From an uncultured cyanobacterium (lineage in GTDB: Bacteria > Cyanobacteriota > Cyanobacteriia > Cyanobacteriales > Nostocaceae): a stretch of DNA of 64,000 nt. The notes beneath the pieces were generated by a model. The model was not told where the DNA came from. It made no database searches and saw nothing but the letters and a program-made list of their open reading frames with translations. The position numbers and the translations under genes are program-made. Below are positions 50,664-62,124 of the stretch, piece by piece. The stretch is from NCBI GenBank assembly GCA_963740315.1, contig CAVUDP010000001.1, positions 768,001-832,000 on the forward strand, in the 5' to 3' direction. Within the stretch, counting starts at the first letter, position 1. Each line of letters starts with the position of its first letter.

Positions 50664-51383
50664 GTGCTGACACTCGGTGTAAATATTGACCACATCGCCA
50701 CTATTCGACAAGCGCGGCGCACGGTGGAACCCGATCCTGTAGCCGCTGCGGTGCTGGCTGAGTTGGGCGGTGCCGATGGTATTACCGTACATTTACGGGA
50801 AGATAGAAGACATATTCAAGACAGAGATGTACGAATCCTGCGAGAAACTGTCAGGACTCATCTTAATTTAGAAATGGCGGCTACCGATGAAATGTTGGCG
50901 ATCGCACTCGATATCAAACCCGATTACGTGACTCTGGTACCGGAAAAACGCGAGGAAGTCACCACCGAAGGCGGTTTAGATATTGCAGGACTTGTTGATA
51001 GAATCGGAAATATCGTTGAGAAGTTGCAAGGTGTTGGTATTCCCGTAAGTTTATTTATCGATCCCGAAGATTCACAAATCGAAGCATCTGTCAAGGTAAA
51101 AGCTAAATTTATTGAACTGCATACGGGAAGGTATGCAGAAGCAAAAAATGAAGTAACTCAAGATATGGAGTTAAATTTATTAACATATGCTTGCAATCAA
51201 GCCTTAAATGCCGGATTGCGCGTCAATGCCGGACATGGGCTTACCTATACGAACGTTTATCCCGTAGCTTGCATTGAAGGCATGGAAGAACTTAATATCG
51301 GTCATACCATCGTCAGTCGAGCTTCTTTAGTAGGTATGGAAAGAGCAGTACGAGAAATGAAGCAAATCATGCACGGGAAATAG
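50664..51383 (+). CDS. pdxJ: Pyridoxine 5'-phosphate synthase
   Basis: [45 protein letters not shown]. Confidence 0.98.
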   Translation: MLTLGVNIDHIATIRQARRTVEPDPVAAAVLAELGGADGITVHLREDRRHIQDRDVRILRETVRTHLNLEMAATDEMLAIALDIKPDYVTLVPEKREEVTTEGGLDIAGLVDRIGNIVEKLQGVGIPVSLFIDPEDSQIEASVKVKAKFIELHTGRYAEAKNEVTQDMELNLLTYACNQALNAGLRVNAGHGLTYTNVYPVACIEGMEELNIGHTIVSRASLVGMERAVREMKQIMHGK

Positions 51384-51456
51384 TGAATAGTTAACAGTTA
51401 ACAGTGAGCAGTAAAAATATCCTGATAATTGATAATTGTTAATTGTTAATTGTTAT

Positions 51457-52236
51457 ATGAGCGCAACACAATCTCAGAATCTACCGCTGTGGGTGCAAGA
51501 GAGAGAGCAGCTAATTGCAAGCAGCCTTGATAACGAATGGCGTGGTGGAAACCCTCCGGATTATTCCGAATCAAATCAAGGTTTGGCTGCCGAAAGTCTA
51601 ATTCATCATCCTGCGGGTTCCCTTGAAGCTATTGTGGAAAACTTGGTGCGAGCTTTTGAATTGGAGGCTTCATTTAAAACCAATACACAACAGTGGTTAT
51701 CGGTTGTAAATGACAAGTTTCGCATGAGTAGCAACGGTGGAGAAGAATTCACCGCACAAGATGTGTCGGATGCGGGAACTTATAACTTATTTATTAGCGA
51801 TTCCGAACAATACAAAGCAACTGAAGAAAACTTTGAATCATCGGGAAGATTATTTCGCAGCGCATTTCCCAAAGGATTTTTATGGGAAGTTTTAGAAGTT
51901 TACAGTTCTCCACCAAACGTTACATTTAAATGGCGGCATTGGGGAACTTTTAATGGTAAATACAAAGACTATGCTCCTACAGGGGAAGTTGTGGAGATAA
52001 TAGGGATGAGCATAGCCCGCGTTACTGATGACTTGAAAATCATCAATGTAGAACACTACTTTGACAACAGTCAGTTTTTTGCCAAGCTGACGAGTGGTGG
52101 AAAGCATCAAAGCGGCAAGTCAATTTGGGCAACAATCAAAAGATTTTTTTGGGGAAGAGAAACAAACCAAACTTCACCGCAGCTAGCAACTAGCTGTCCG
52201 TTTAAAAAATTAGCTGGTTTCAATTCTTCAAATTAA
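51457..52236 (+). CDS. Pathogenesis-related / SnoaL-like (NTF2-fold) protein
   Basis: WRGGNPPDY, GTYNLF, AFPKGFLWEVLEVYSSPP.V.FKWRHWG. Confidence 0.8.
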   Translation: MSATQSQNLPLWVQEREQLIASSLDNEWRGGNPPDYSESNQGLAAESLIHHPAGSLEAIVENLVRAFELEASFKTNTQQWLSVVNDKFRMSSNGGEEFTAQDVSDAGTYNLFISDSEQYKATEENFESSGRLFRSAFPKGFLWEVLEVYSSPPNVTFKWRHWGTFNGKYKDYAPTGEVVEIIGMSIARVTDDLKIINVEHYFDNSQFFAKLTSGGKHQSGKSIWATIKRFFWGRETNQTSPQLATSCPFKKLAGFNSSN

Positions 52237-52310
52237 ATTGAACTCGGACGCAGTATTATATGCTGTGTCCCAATCTTTTGTTAAATTAACTATCTCTATA
52301 AGGGGTGACA

Positions 52311-52643
52311 ATGCAAACATACTATTACGTACTAGCTTCTCAACGCTTTTTATTAGAAGAAGAACCTTTGGAGGAGGTTTTAAAGGAGCGTACTCGCTAT
52401 TATCACGAACAGGAGAAAGAAATCGATTTTTGGTTGGTTAAGCAGCCAGCTTTTCTCGAAACTGCTGCAATGTCAGAAATCAAAGCCAAATGTCCTCAAC
52501 CTGCGGCGGCGGTTGTTTCTACCAATCCTCAATTTATCACCTGGTTGAAACTAAGATTGGAATATGTGGTAACGGGTGAATTTCAAGCTCCTACTTCAGA
52601 AATTCCTTCGGCGATCGCCAGTCTTGCTTCAGTTTCACCGTAG
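52311..52643 (+). CDS. ycf54: MgPME cyclase auxiliary protein Ycf54
   Basis: YYYVLASQRFL.EEEPLEEVLKER, DFWLV.QPAFL, FITWLKLRL. Confidence 0.93.
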   Translation: MQTYYYVLASQRFLLEEEPLEEVLKERTRYYHEQEKEIDFWLVKQPAFLETAAMSEIKAKCPQPAAAVVSTNPQFITWLKLRLEYVVTGEFQAPTSEIPSAIASLASVSP

Positions 52644-52662
52644 GGAACGGGGAAAAGTATTT

Positions 52663-52772
52663 ACAGCTGATTACCTAGATGAGTGAAGTACAGGACATAT
52701 CGTTGTAAGGGAGTAGGGAGTAGGGAGTAGGGAATAGAAGAATGTACTTCATTTACGCGGCATTCTGCTGTA
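52663..52772. mobile_element. MITE-like element with internal (GGGAGTA)n
   Basis: Ends TACAGC...TGAAGTACA and TGTACTTCA...GCTGTA form bipartite inverted repeats. Confidence 0.5.
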
Positions 52773-52833
52773 TGTAATCAATCGCGAGGGGATTTAATGT
52801 AATACCTTTAACAGGAGATAAAGTCTTTTAAAT

Positions 52834-53529
52834 ATGGTGTGTATTAGGGGAATAAATATGAATCCAAATAAGGTAAGTATTTTGCGTAAATTTAAAATAC
52901 CAACCGCTTTAATATTATCAACAGCGGGTTTGCTGTCCGGTATAAATTCTGCATCGGCTCAAAGCAATCCTCCTACCTGTCAAGCTCCTAGAACTGGTGA
53001 ATATCTGTTATTAGTAGTTAGTCCTACAGAAGATAATCAAACCCAACTAAAGCGAGTATTACCAACAAAAATTAGGACAAATACCTGTAAATATCTTGAG
53101 GATACAGTTACCCGTATCGGTGGATTTAAAAACATTGACGATGCCAATCGCTGGGCAAGATATATCAAAGATTCTGCTGGTTTATCTGCAATAATTACTA
53201 CTAGACCTACGGGAACGCCCACACCATCTCAAGCAGGAACGCAAGCAAGCACCGTAAGTTACAAACCTCGACGTTTGGGGAGTGGTTACGCCGTACTAGT
53301 AGATTATTACAATCGTCCTCAATTAGCATCCGACGTTCGCAAAGCAGTCAAAGGAGACGTAGGTTTCGTTTCTTACGGAAGACGACCTTATTTGTTAGCA
53401 ACTTACACCAGCAACCAAAAAGAAGCCTATCAGACGTTAGAAGAACTTTCCAAACGCGGCTTCTTTGCCATCATCGTTGATAGTAACAAAGTAATGCTAC
53501 TGCGATCGGTCGTGAAATTACCCAATTAG
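52834..53529 (+). CDS. Conserved secreted hypothetical protein (SPOR-like segments)
   Basis: Signal peptide ending ASAQ; start may be ATG 52858. Confidence 0.7.
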   Translation: MVCIRGINMNPNKVSILRKFKIPTALILSTAGLLSGINSASAQSNPPTCQAPRTGEYLLLVVSPTEDNQTQLKRVLPTKIRTNTCKYLEDTVTRIGGFKNIDDANRWARYIKDSAGLSAIITTRPTGTPTPSQAGTQASTVSYKPRRLGSGYAVLVDYYNRPQLASDVRKAVKGDVGFVSYGRRPYLLATYTSNQKEAYQTLEELSKRGFFAIIVDSNKVMLLRSVVKLPN

Positions 53530-53619
53530 TTGTTAGTTGTTAGTTGTTAGTTCAAACTCCTAACTCTTAACCCCTAACTACTGGACATTGATAACTGTTC
53601 ACTGTTAACTGCTCACTGA

Positions 53620-54075
53620 TTAATAAGCAGCTTGCGCCAACGCCGAAATAGTTATACCCAAAGCCGAACCGGCTATTACTTGAAAGGGTGTATGTCCGAG
53701 TAATTCTTTTAAACGCTCGGCGGCGATTTCTGGATGATCGTGAAACATTTCGTCAATCACTTGGTTGAGGATGCGTGCTTGTTTTCCGGCAGCTTGACGG
53801 ACACCAGCAGCATCGTACATGACTATAACGGCGAAAATTGCAGCCAAAGCAAATTCGGGGGAAGCCCAGCCGATAGATTGTCCGACACCAGCAGCTAAAG
53901 CGGTAACAAGAGCCGAATGAGCGCTGGGCATTCCTCCAGTTGTTACTAAAACACTCACAGTCACTTTACCGTTCTTGATTAACTCAACTAGGAGTTTTAA
54001 AGCCTGAGCGGCGAAACAAGCTATCAAGGCAACCAGTAGTACGTGATTGTCAAAGATATTGCCTATGTCTTGCAT
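53620..54075 (-). CDS. Divergent PAP2 family protein (DUF212)
   Basis: TGGMPSAHSA, VMYDAAGVR, LKELLGHTP. Confidence 0.93.
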   Translation of the reverse strand: MQDIGNIFDNHVLLVALIACFAAQALKLLVELIKNGKVTVSVLVTTGGMPSAHSALVTALAAGVGQSIGWASPEFALAAIFAVIVMYDAAGVRQAAGKQARILNQVIDEMFHDHPEIAAERLKELLGHTPFQVIAGSALGITISALAQAAY

Positions 54076-54167
54076 GGTATTACGGTTAAATTAGGGTAAT
54101 ATTAGCAGCGGTTCTGTGCGTGAGTACGTGTGGGATACTACTTATTAACATCCCAATCATCGTTGAA

Positions 54168-55103
54168 TTAATTGTTACGACTGGTGATGAAATAAGCGAG
54201 GGCAACTAAAGGTTTAGCTTGGTCTCCAAAGGGTTCCAATTGGGCACAGGCAGCTTCAATAAGTAGCTGTGCTTGTTTAGAAGATTCTTCCAAACCCCAA
54301 AGACTGGGATAGGTAACTTTCTGCGCTTTTTGGTCTTTGCCCGCAGTTTTACCTAATTGTTCTTGGGTTGCGGTGATATCCAGAATATCATCAACTATCT
54401 GAAATGCAAGTCCAATATTTTGAGAATAGCGTTGGAGTCTTTGTAAATCTTCTGTTGATGCTCCCGTTAAAATACCGCCACAAACAACGCTAGCTTCTAA
54501 AAGAGCGGCTGTTTTATGGTTGTGAATAAAATTCAAAGTTTCCAGAGGAACATCAGTCTTTCCTTCCATCTCTAAATCTACAACTTGCCCGCCAACTAAA
54601 CCAGCAGCACCTACCGCACGTGCCAACCGGGAAATAACTTGTAAAATTTGGGTTGCTGGCACGTTTTTGGTATTGTTTGCCACATACTCGAAAGCATAAG
54701 CTAGCAAACCATCCCCGGCTAAAATTGCGACATCATCCCCATATACTTTGTGGTTGGTTAATTTACCCCGACGGTAATCATCATTATCCATCGCCGGGAG
54801 ATCGTCGTGAATCAAAGACATGGTGTGAATCATTTCCAAAGCGCAAGCCGTGGGCATTGACATTTCGATATTTCCACCAGTCATCTCGCAAGTAGCCAGA
54901 CATAAAATCGGACGCAACCGCTTACCTCCAGCTAAAAGAGAATAGCGCATTGCTTCATAAATTTTATCTGGATAAACTACAGCAATCGACTTATCCAAAG
55001 CAGCTTCTACAAGCTTTTGTCGTTCCTTTAGATAAACCGATAAATCAAACTTTAATTGTTTTAATTCTGGGGAATTTTTTGGTAGATTCTTTGCTGCAAC
55101 CAT
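54168..55103 (-). CDS. crtE: Geranylgeranyl diphosphate synthase
   Basis: [33 protein letters not shown]. Confidence 0.95.
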   Translation of the reverse strand: MVAAKNLPKNSPELKQLKFDLSVYLKERQKLVEAALDKSIAVVYPDKIYEAMRYSLLAGGKRLRPILCLATCEMTGGNIEMSMPTACALEMIHTMSLIHDDLPAMDNDDYRRGKLTNHKVYGDDVAILAGDGLLAYAFEYVANNTKNVPATQILQVISRLARAVGAAGLVGGQVVDLEMEGKTDVPLETLNFIHNHKTAALLEASVVCGGILTGASTEDLQRLQRYSQNIGLAFQIVDDILDITATQEQLGKTAGKDQKAQKVTYPSLWGLEESSKQAQLLIEAACAQLEPFGDQAKPLVALAYFITSRNN

Positions 55104-55163
55104 TTGCTCCTGCTCCTTAATTTCCTGTATTATCTCAACTGCTAACTGTTAATTGCTCACTGT

Positions 55164-56048
55164 TCACTGTTCACTGTTCACTGTTAACTGATAACTGCTA
55201 ACAGTATTTTCTAACAACATGGCAACAGTCATAGGTCCTATACCACCGGGAACTGGGGTAAGGAAATCTGCAACGGTTGCAACTTCATCAAACCTGACAT
55301 CACCAATAAGACGACTTTTGCCGTTTTCATCGGTAATACGGTTTATCCCCACATCTACCACAACCGCGCCTTCTTTCACCATTTCGGCGGTAATTAATTG
55401 GGGAATTCCCACCGCACTAACTAAAATATCGGCATTTTTTGTAATATCTTGTAAATTTTGGGTGCGTGAATGAGCGATCGCAACGGTGGCATTTGCTGCT
55501 AATAACATCATCGACATTGGTTTCCCTACCAAAATCGAACGTCCCAAAACCACCGCTTGTTTTCCTTCTAAGGATATGGAATATTCTTCCAACAAACGCA
55601 TTACACCCGCAGGAGTGCAGCTGCGTAAACCTGGCTCACCCCTTAACAATCTTCCCAAATTCAGCGGATGCAGTCCATCAACATCCTTATCGGGGGCAAT
55701 TTGGTATAACAGAGCCACACTATCTAAATGAGACGGGAGAGGTAGCTGGACTAAAATCCCATCAACTTGTTCGTCGGCATTTAAATTATGAATAACTTCT
55801 TGAAGTTCGTTAAAACTGGTTTCTGTGGGGAAATGCCGGTTAAACGAAGTAATACCCACCTTGCTGCAAGCTCGTTCCTTGTTGCGGACATAAGCAGCGC
55901 TTGCGGGGTTATCTCCCACCATCAATACCGCCAAGCCAGGGGGACGACCTATTTTAGATTGCAATTGGGCTATCTTAGTTGAAAGTCGATCGTGAATTTT
56001 TAACCCTAAAGCTTTACCATCAAGCAGTTTTGCTGTTTTTGTTTCCAT
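55164..56048 (-). CDS. folD: Methylenetetrahydrofolate dehydrogenase/cyclohydrolase
   Basis: [37 protein letters not shown]. Confidence 0.97.
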   Translation of the reverse strand: METKTAKLLDGKALGLKIHDRLSTKIAQLQSKIGRPPGLAVLMVGDNPASAAYVRNKERACSKVGITSFNRHFPTETSFNELQEVIHNLNADEQVDGILVQLPLPSHLDSVALLYQIAPDKDVDGLHPLNLGRLLRGEPGLRSCTPAGVMRLLEEYSISLEGKQAVVLGRSILVGKPMSMMLLAANATVAIAHSRTQNLQDITKNADILVSAVGIPQLITAEMVKEGAVVVDVGINRITDENGKSRLIGDVRFDEVATVADFLTPVPGGIGPMTVAMLLENTVSSYQLTVNSEQ

Positions 56049-56158
56049 GAGCAATTTTAAGTCAGTAAATACGCCACGGCATTCACCATATTATTTATCT
56101 TCTCAGATAGTTCGGCTGTACGCTCAATAGAATTTTATCTGTTAAGAACTTAGTATTA

Positions 56159-56617
56159 TTGGGAACTATGTATATGAAAATTACGACGAATTTAGCGCTG
56201 ATGCCTAATCTGGATATGCTGCTTACCATGCAACGAGTTAGAAAAAAAATTTTCCATGCTGGGATATTCCATTTGGGATTAGCTCCTGTTTTACTCGCGG
56301 GGCTATTGAGTTGCAGCAATGTTAACGAGTACGGAATGAATGCCATTGGCGTGAATGTGACTGCGATTAGCGAGCTAAAACCGCAAAAAGGCGATAATAA
56401 TGCTCCAGTTTACGTGAGCGGCAAAGTCGAGAGAAAAGTACCTTTGTTAGAAAAACAAATGTATCAGATTGAGGACTCCACTGGCAAAATTTGGGTATTA
56501 ACCAATCAGAAAGGTTGGAAAGTTGGAGAAAAAGTTGTAGTCAAAGCAATTCCTCAGTACGAAAGCATTCCCATCTCTGGTACAGAATTAGGACAAGTTT
56601 ACTTAGAAGAAAAGTAA
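56159..56617 (+). CDS. Hypothetical lipoprotein with OB-fold-like domain
   Basis: LLSC lipobox-like, V.GKV...VP, YQIEDSTGKIWV; true start probably downstream of 56159. Confidence 0.7.
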   Translation: MGTMYMKITTNLALMPNLDMLLTMQRVRKKIFHAGIFHLGLAPVLLAGLLSCSNVNEYGMNAIGVNVTAISELKPQKGDNNAPVYVSGKVERKVPLLEKQMYQIEDSTGKIWVLTNQKGWKVGEKVVVKAIPQYESIPISGTELGQVYLEEK

Positions 56618-56647
56618 TAATTGAAACTTACACTATGATTAATATTT

Positions 56648-57088
56648 ATGAACAACCAACATCCGCAGGTGCATTATGTAGCGATCGCAATCCTATATAA
56701 AGACAACAAATTTTTAATGCAGTTGCGGGATAATATCCCAAATATTCCTTATCCGGGTTACTGGGCATTTTTTGGCGGACATATAGAACCCGGTGAAACT
56801 CCAGAAATCGCCGTCAGAAGGGAAATTATAGAAGAAATTAGCTATACCCTTCCAGAAAAAATTACTGAATTTGGTTGTTATAAATCCGAAAAAGCAGTGC
56901 GTCATGTTTTCCACGCACCGTTAGAAGTTGAATTAGATAAACTAGTTCTCGGCGAAGGTTGGGATATGGGTTTAGTAAGCCCCCAAGAAATCCGCAACGG
57001 TAAACGTTATTCCACCGTCGCAGGTGAAGAAAGACCTTTAGGTGAAGTGCATCAGCGGATTTTGATCGATTTTATGAATAAAAGTTAG
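56648..57088 (+). CDS. NUDIX hydrolase
   Basis: GGHIEPGETPEIAVRREIIEEI Nudix box. Confidence 0.92.
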   Translation: MNNQHPQVHYVAIAILYKDNKFLMQLRDNIPNIPYPGYWAFFGGHIEPGETPEIAVRREIIEEISYTLPEKITEFGCYKSEKAVRHVFHAPLEVELDKLVLGEGWDMGLVSPQEIRNGKRYSTVAGEERPLGEVHQRILIDFMNKS

Positions 57089-57147
57089 TTGTTAGGAGTT
57101 AGGAATTAGGAATTAGGAATTAGGAGTTAGGAATTAGGAGTTAGGAG

Positions 57148-57330
57148 TTAGGAATTAGGAGTTAATATTTTCTCCTTGTCCCCTTGTCTCCCCCGAACCC
57201 CAAAGGTTACTGCATCCTTCAAGATTGGATCGCTACCGCGCTTGCCTCGAATATTAGCTTCTCTCAAATCAACCCCACTAAAGTCACGCTCCCCATCAGC
57301 ATATCTTTGGAGCAACTCTTCACCATCCAT
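57148..57330 (-). pseudogene. Truncated pentapeptide-repeat gene
   Basis: MDGEELLQRYADGERDFSGVDLREANI then runs into repeat DNA. Confidence 0.7.
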
Positions 57331-57364
57331 CCTCTTCCCCCTCTTCCCTCAGCGCTCTCTAAGG

Positions 57365-57440
57365 CTGAAAAGTTGTTCATGGGGGAAACCCCCAAGATCA
57401 CACTTTATGTCCTATCGGACACGCTCCGCTAACGCTGCGT
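57365..57440. repeat. Cluster of small dispersed repeats
   Basis: TGAAAAGTTGTTCATGGGGGAAACCCCCAAGATCACACTTT (inverse copy at ~61501-61543) plus GTCCTATCGGACACGCTCCGCTAACG. Confidence 0.7.
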
Positions 57441-57982
57441 CAAGCATCGGTTTTTTAAATCGATCTTACACCCTTCAATAAAAACCCCAAAACCATCTTC
57501 ATATAATCAAAACTTTTATAAAAACCCCTAACCAATTAAACTTCTGTATTCATATTCCTTCACAAACCCGTTACCCAACTTTACACAAAAAATTTTAATG
57601 ACAGGATTCTCAATTAAGCCACGAGATTACAAGAGTTTTCGCTGTAATATGCTATTGTTATGTTGAGGGAAGCAGTTTATCTACTTTCAAGAATTTCGAT
57701 AAACTAACCCCTTATTAAACAGCAACTAACTTGATATTTACATCATTAACATACTACAAAACCGATAAAACCTTGAAAAAGGCTCGTGGTTAATATGAAG
57801 CGATGTAAATCTTACTGTAATTAACAATACTAAAAATAACCTACAAAAATACTGGTATTGACAAATCAAAGATTATGAATTATTTATTCTTCCCCCTCTC
57901 CCCCCTCTCTCCATTCCCAAACAAAAAATTAGTCCAATAACCTAAAACCGCAATAAACTAAAACTATTGTGGAGAAGGTGCT

Positions 57983-59038
57983 ATGGAATCAGGTTTCAAA
58001 CTGCCGAGATGGTTAAGTTTTGGGTTGGCTTTTCCGCTGTTTATTCTTAATGCTTGGGTATTGCTGGGAGTTATAAAATATCTTCAACCCTTGGTAAATA
58101 TAGTTATTGCAGCAATATTATTAGCTTTTGTTTTAGAATATCCGATTGGTTTTTTCCAACAACGAGGGGTAAACCGTAATTTCGCGACTGCGGGAGTGTT
58201 GTTGTTAGCGATTGTCATACTCGCGGGTTTGGGAATTACTGTTTTACCGTTGATTCTCGAACAGGTAAATGAATTAGTAAATATATTGCCAAGTTGGATT
58301 GATTCTGGAACCCAACAGTTACAAGTTTGGCAAAATTGGGCTGCTACTCAACAGTTACCTATTAATCTTGGTGGTTTACTACCCGATATTTTAGAAAGAT
58401 TATCCAATCAAGTTCAAAGCTTAAGTGGTAGAATAATAGGTTTGGCATTCGGTACAATCGGCAGCGTTTTAAACATTTTGCTGACAATAGTGCTGACTTT
58501 GTACATGATTTTAAATGGCGATCGCGTGTGGGAGGGGATATTAAGATGGTTCCCGCAACGCATTGGTAAGCTCTTAAGCGAGTCTTTAAGCGAAGACTTC
58601 CAGAATTACTTTATCGGACAAGCAACTTTAGCTATCATTCTTGCAACTGGGTTAACGTTGGCTTTTGTAGCGTTGCAAGTTCCTTTAAATTTATTGTTTG
58701 CTTTAGTTATTGGATTTTTCGCGTTATTTCCGTTTGGTACTGGTATTGGAATTACTTTAGTAAGTTTGTTGGTAGGGTTGAAAAACTTTTGGTTAGGAGT
58801 CGAAGTTTTATCTGTAGCAGTAGCGATCGACCAATTTAATTACAATTTTGTAGCGCCGCGTATTTTAAGTAAATTTACTGGTTTAAATCCAGTTTGGGTA
58901 GTAATTTCTTTGTTAATTGGAGCGAAACTTTTAGGAGTCTTAGGATTATTAATTGCAATTCCCTTGGCTAGCTTTATTAAAAGCGTCGCCGATGGCTGGA
59001 GAGATGGGGAATTTAATATGGTGGATGAGAAGGAATAA
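57983..59038 (+). CDS. AI-2E family transporter
   Basis: LLAFVLEYP, NYFIGQ, APRIL...TGLNPVWV..SLL.G, LLIAIP. Confidence 0.9.
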   Translation: MESGFKLPRWLSFGLAFPLFILNAWVLLGVIKYLQPLVNIVIAAILLAFVLEYPIGFFQQRGVNRNFATAGVLLLAIVILAGLGITVLPLILEQVNELVNILPSWIDSGTQQLQVWQNWAATQQLPINLGGLLPDILERLSNQVQSLSGRIIGLAFGTIGSVLNILLTIVLTLYMILNGDRVWEGILRWFPQRIGKLLSESLSEDFQNYFIGQATLAIILATGLTLAFVALQVPLNLLFALVIGFFALFPFGTGIGITLVSLLVGLKNFWLGVEVLSVAVAIDQFNYNFVAPRILSKFTGLNPVWVVISLLIGAKLLGVLGLLIAIPLASFIKSVADGWRDGEFNMVDEKE

Positions 59039-59258
59039 TTTGAGAGGGGGAAGAGGGGGAAGATGGGGAAGAGGGGGAAGATAAAATAATTTATATATCC
59101 CAGCAATTGTTTAAATCGTGAGTAATACAATTGAAGGATAAATAATATTCTTATTTATTAATTATATTTTTAGTCCTTTTAATGGACTTATGCTATTAGC
59201 CGGGGGTTTTCAACCCCTGGTGGATAAGGGTAAATCTATGAAGTTAAATCTATAAAAA

Positions 59259-59855
59259 ATGTCCTACAGTGATTTCAGTCTGAGAAAGGTTAAACAAGAT
59301 TTTAATTTAACTATTGTTGAGAAAAACACCTTTTTAGATAACATTAAACCTCAACAACCAAGTACGCAACTAGCTGAATTTATCAAAAAATATTTACCTC
59401 TAGCTTTAGCGTTAAATACCGAGAAAGCTCGCTCGGAAATGTTAATTTGTCCAATTTTACTAGAAATCAAAGAAATTTCAAATTCTATTAGCTTATTTTC
59501 TGGTAATGATTTTACAGTTGATGCATCAATTGGACTTTCTGGAGTCTGTGACTTTTTAATTAGTCTTTCTTCCGAGCAACTTTTTGTAGAAGCACCAGCA
59601 ATAGTTGTAGTAGAAGCGAAAAAAGAAGACTTAAATGGTGGTTTAGGACAATGCGTTGCCGAAATGATTGCAGCACAAAGATTTAACGAACAAAATAATA
59701 CTTCTATTCCGATTATCTATGGTACCGTGACAACTGGCGATCGCTGGAAATTTCTCAAAATCGAAAATCAAACTGTAACCATTGGATTAATGGAATATAC
59801 GCTTCCACCGTTAGAACAAATTTTAGGAATTTTAATTAGTTTTATTAAATTTTAG
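59259..59855 (+). CDS. Conserved cyanobacterial protein with PD-(D/E)XK-like motif
   Basis: TEKARSE, G.CDFLIS, VVEAKK, GQC.AEM.AAQ.FN, G.VTTG..W.F. Confidence 0.75.
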   Translation: MSYSDFSLRKVKQDFNLTIVEKNTFLDNIKPQQPSTQLAEFIKKYLPLALALNTEKARSEMLICPILLEIKEISNSISLFSGNDFTVDASIGLSGVCDFLISLSSEQLFVEAPAIVVVEAKKEDLNGGLGQCVAEMIAAQRFNEQNNTSIPIIYGTVTTGDRWKFLKIENQTVTIGLMEYTLPPLEQILGILISFIKF

Positions 59856-59996
59856 GACTTATAAAAGCCCCCCTTTCAAAAGGGGGGTTGGGGGGATCTC
59901 AATTTCTATATACTTATTTTAAGCAAATTACTCAAATCTAAATTTCAGCTTGACCATTGGGAATACTTGATTTTGAATTGTTATCGGTAAAATTCT

Positions 59997-61151
59997 ATGC
60001 CTGTAAATCAAATCATCGCTCAACTTACACCAGAGCAACAAGCGTTAATTCCAGTTTACAAGGAAAAGTGGCGTAAAATTGCGCGTTCAACCCAAAGGAT
60101 TGATAAGGAGAAAGCAGAGGAGGCGGTAAAAGCAGCTTTTGAGTTGATTGGTGAAGCAGAGCCGAAAGTATTTTTCTTTGACAGCATTTTTTCAGCCATC
60201 AACGAATATAACGATAACGATGATTTGATTTGCTTTGGTTTGAACGACAATCTATTTCAAAAGCTGAGATTTCCGTTGATTTTAGATTTTGACAAAATAC
60301 CGGAATGGGAATTCTATAATTTAAATCGCTTCCGGAGTGCATTAGCCAAAGATCCACAAAACTTATTTGAGTCAGAATTTTTAGATAAACTGATTGTAGA
60401 TTTAGAAGATGAAATATACGACTCCCTGGAAGAGCAATGGAATATTACTTATTTTGACTTGCTTGAATCAATCGATGAAGAGAAGTTTATTCCCATAGAT
60501 ACCCAGCGGAAGTACATTAAATTCGACTTATTAATTGCTGAATGCAGCTACTACGACTTTTGTATCTCCGTCTTAGATTATCCCCACGATGCAAACCGAT
60601 GGCAGATTTTGCAAAATGTCGTCAAAAATTGTCCTTGGTTTTTCCCGTTTCAAGGAATTTGTTTTATTTGCGATCGCCCATATAAATTATCCTTCAATGA
60701 AGAAAACCGTCTTCATGCAGATGGTGAAGCTGCGATCGAACACGCTGACGGATATAAGGTTTATGCTAATAGCGGCGTTTTATTGCCAGAAAAATACGGT
60801 ACAGTACCGACATCGGAATGGAAGTCGCAATGGTTGTTATCAGAAAGAAACGCAGAATTGAGAAGAGTTTTAGTACAGGGAGTTGGTTATAACCGGATTT
60901 GTGAAGAATTAGGAGCAGTTGAATTAGATTCCTGGCAAGAATATAGTTTATTCAAGATTAAGAATTATATAGAAGTGGATGAATGGGCTTCACAAGATGC
61001 TATGGAGCCAATGCATTTATTAAAAATGACTTGTCCGAGTACGGGATTTATTCACTTTTTAAGAGTACCACCAGAGATTAATTCTGCCAGAGATGCGATC
61101 GCTTGGGTTAATTGGGGAGTCTCGCCAGAAGAATTTGCAGTACAAACTTGA
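59997..61151 (+). CDS. DUF6745-type protein, paralog 1
   Basis: LTPEQQALIPVY.EKW, LHADGEAAIE, NAELRRVL, LKMTCPSTG, W.NWG..PE.F.VQT. Confidence 0.85.
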   Translation: MPVNQIIAQLTPEQQALIPVYKEKWRKIARSTQRIDKEKAEEAVKAAFELIGEAEPKVFFFDSIFSAINEYNDNDDLICFGLNDNLFQKLRFPLILDFDKIPEWEFYNLNRFRSALAKDPQNLFESEFLDKLIVDLEDEIYDSLEEQWNITYFDLLESIDEEKFIPIDTQRKYIKFDLLIAECSYYDFCISVLDYPHDANRWQILQNVVKNCPWFFPFQGICFICDRPYKLSFNEENRLHADGEAAIEHADGYKVYANSGVLLPEKYGTVPTSEWKSQWLLSERNAELRRVLVQGVGYNRICEELGAVELDSWQEYSLFKIKNYIEVDEWASQDAMEPMHLLKMTCPSTGFIHFLRVPPEINSARDAIAWVNWGVSPEEFAVQT

Positions 61152-61171
61152 ATAAATTGTCATTATCGCTT

Positions 61172-61238
61172 TGTTGGGTTAGACGCTTTTACTATTTAAC
61201 GTTGAATTATCGAATGTATATAGCATCGTAACCCAACA
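61172..61238. repeat. Single REP arm of the doublet family
   Basis: GTTGGGTTAGACGCT..AGCATCGTAACCCAAC. Confidence 0.8.
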
Positions 61239-61427
61239 TTTTTAGGCGTTTGAGCAAAAACCTTAAATTCTTTGTTCGTAGTAAGTGGCTCTAGCCCTCT
61301 CTTCTTAGTTAGTTTGTAGTAAAGCATCATCGAATTCAAATACAACCAATTTTAGGATATTTTATATTTATCCAAGATGGTGGTGTTGAGTTACGACTAC
61401 AAAAATACGAAAAATTACCGATTTTAA

Positions 61428-61570
61428 AAAACCGCAGAGACAAGGCAGTGCGTTGCGGAGGTACCCTCCGTTGTAGCAACTGCCGTGCAGAGAGCGCAGC
61501 GAAAAGTGTGGTCTTGGGGGTTTCCCCCATGAACAACTTTTCAAGACAGAGGAAAGAGGTAAAAGAGAGA
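61428..61570. repeat. Nested small dispersed repeats
   Basis: A CGCAGAG-type element interrupted by two palindromic mini-elements. Confidence 0.65.
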
Positions 61571-61617
61571 TAGTGATGATTTGGGGCTTACAATTTTAAT
61601 ATATAATATTGCGATAA

Positions 61618-61929
61618 ATGGAGATAATTGTGGAAGAGTGCAGATTAATAAAGTCCCTACAATTAGAAAACTTTCTTTCCTATGGAAGCGAGAGTGAAGA
61701 AATTGAATTACAACCGCTGAATGTATTAATTGGTTCAAATGCATCGGGAAAATCGAATTTAATTGAAGCGATCGCATTATTAAAAGCAACACCCACCGAT
61801 TTACCAGCACCAATCCGTCAAGGTGGAGGTATTACTGATTTTATCTGGAAAGGTAGTAAAGAAAATCCAGTAGCTAGAATAAAAACGATTGTAAATTATC
61901 CTCAAAGAATTTTATATGGAATCTATTAA
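61618..61929 (+). pseudogene. Truncated AAA ATPase (AAA_21/SMC-like N-terminus)
   Basis: IKSLQLENFLSY, LNVLIGSNASGKSNLIEA; ends at 103 aa with no Walker B. Confidence 0.8.
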
Positions 61930-61945
61930 TATTCCTAAATACATT

Positions 61946-62076
61946 CAGCTTAGATGTTTGCTGCTCAAGGTTTAATAAATCCTCGCCGCTTGGGAATAGC
62001 TATTTTTAATATCCCTCGACTGGTAATAACCAGATTTTTGCTTTCTTTAAAGAATATTCTACCATACAATTGAACC
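61946..62076 (-). other. Conserved non-coding element, copy A
   Basis: Homologous in inverted orientation to 63741-63868. Confidence 0.7.
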
Positions 62077-62124
62077 GATTCTTTCTGAGAATATTTTCAT
62101 AACTCAATCTTTCTCCTGATATAT

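Noticed and set aside
57480..57980. 500-bp AT-rich intergenic region with short partial inverted matches
   Set aside because: Matches are too short for this base composition; no ORF or RNA motif could be supported
61020..61155. Near-identical 3' ends of the DUF6745 genes as a DGR template/variable repeat pair
   Set aside because: Mismatches are not adenine-specific (G/T and G/C seen), both copies are coding, and no reverse transcriptase is present
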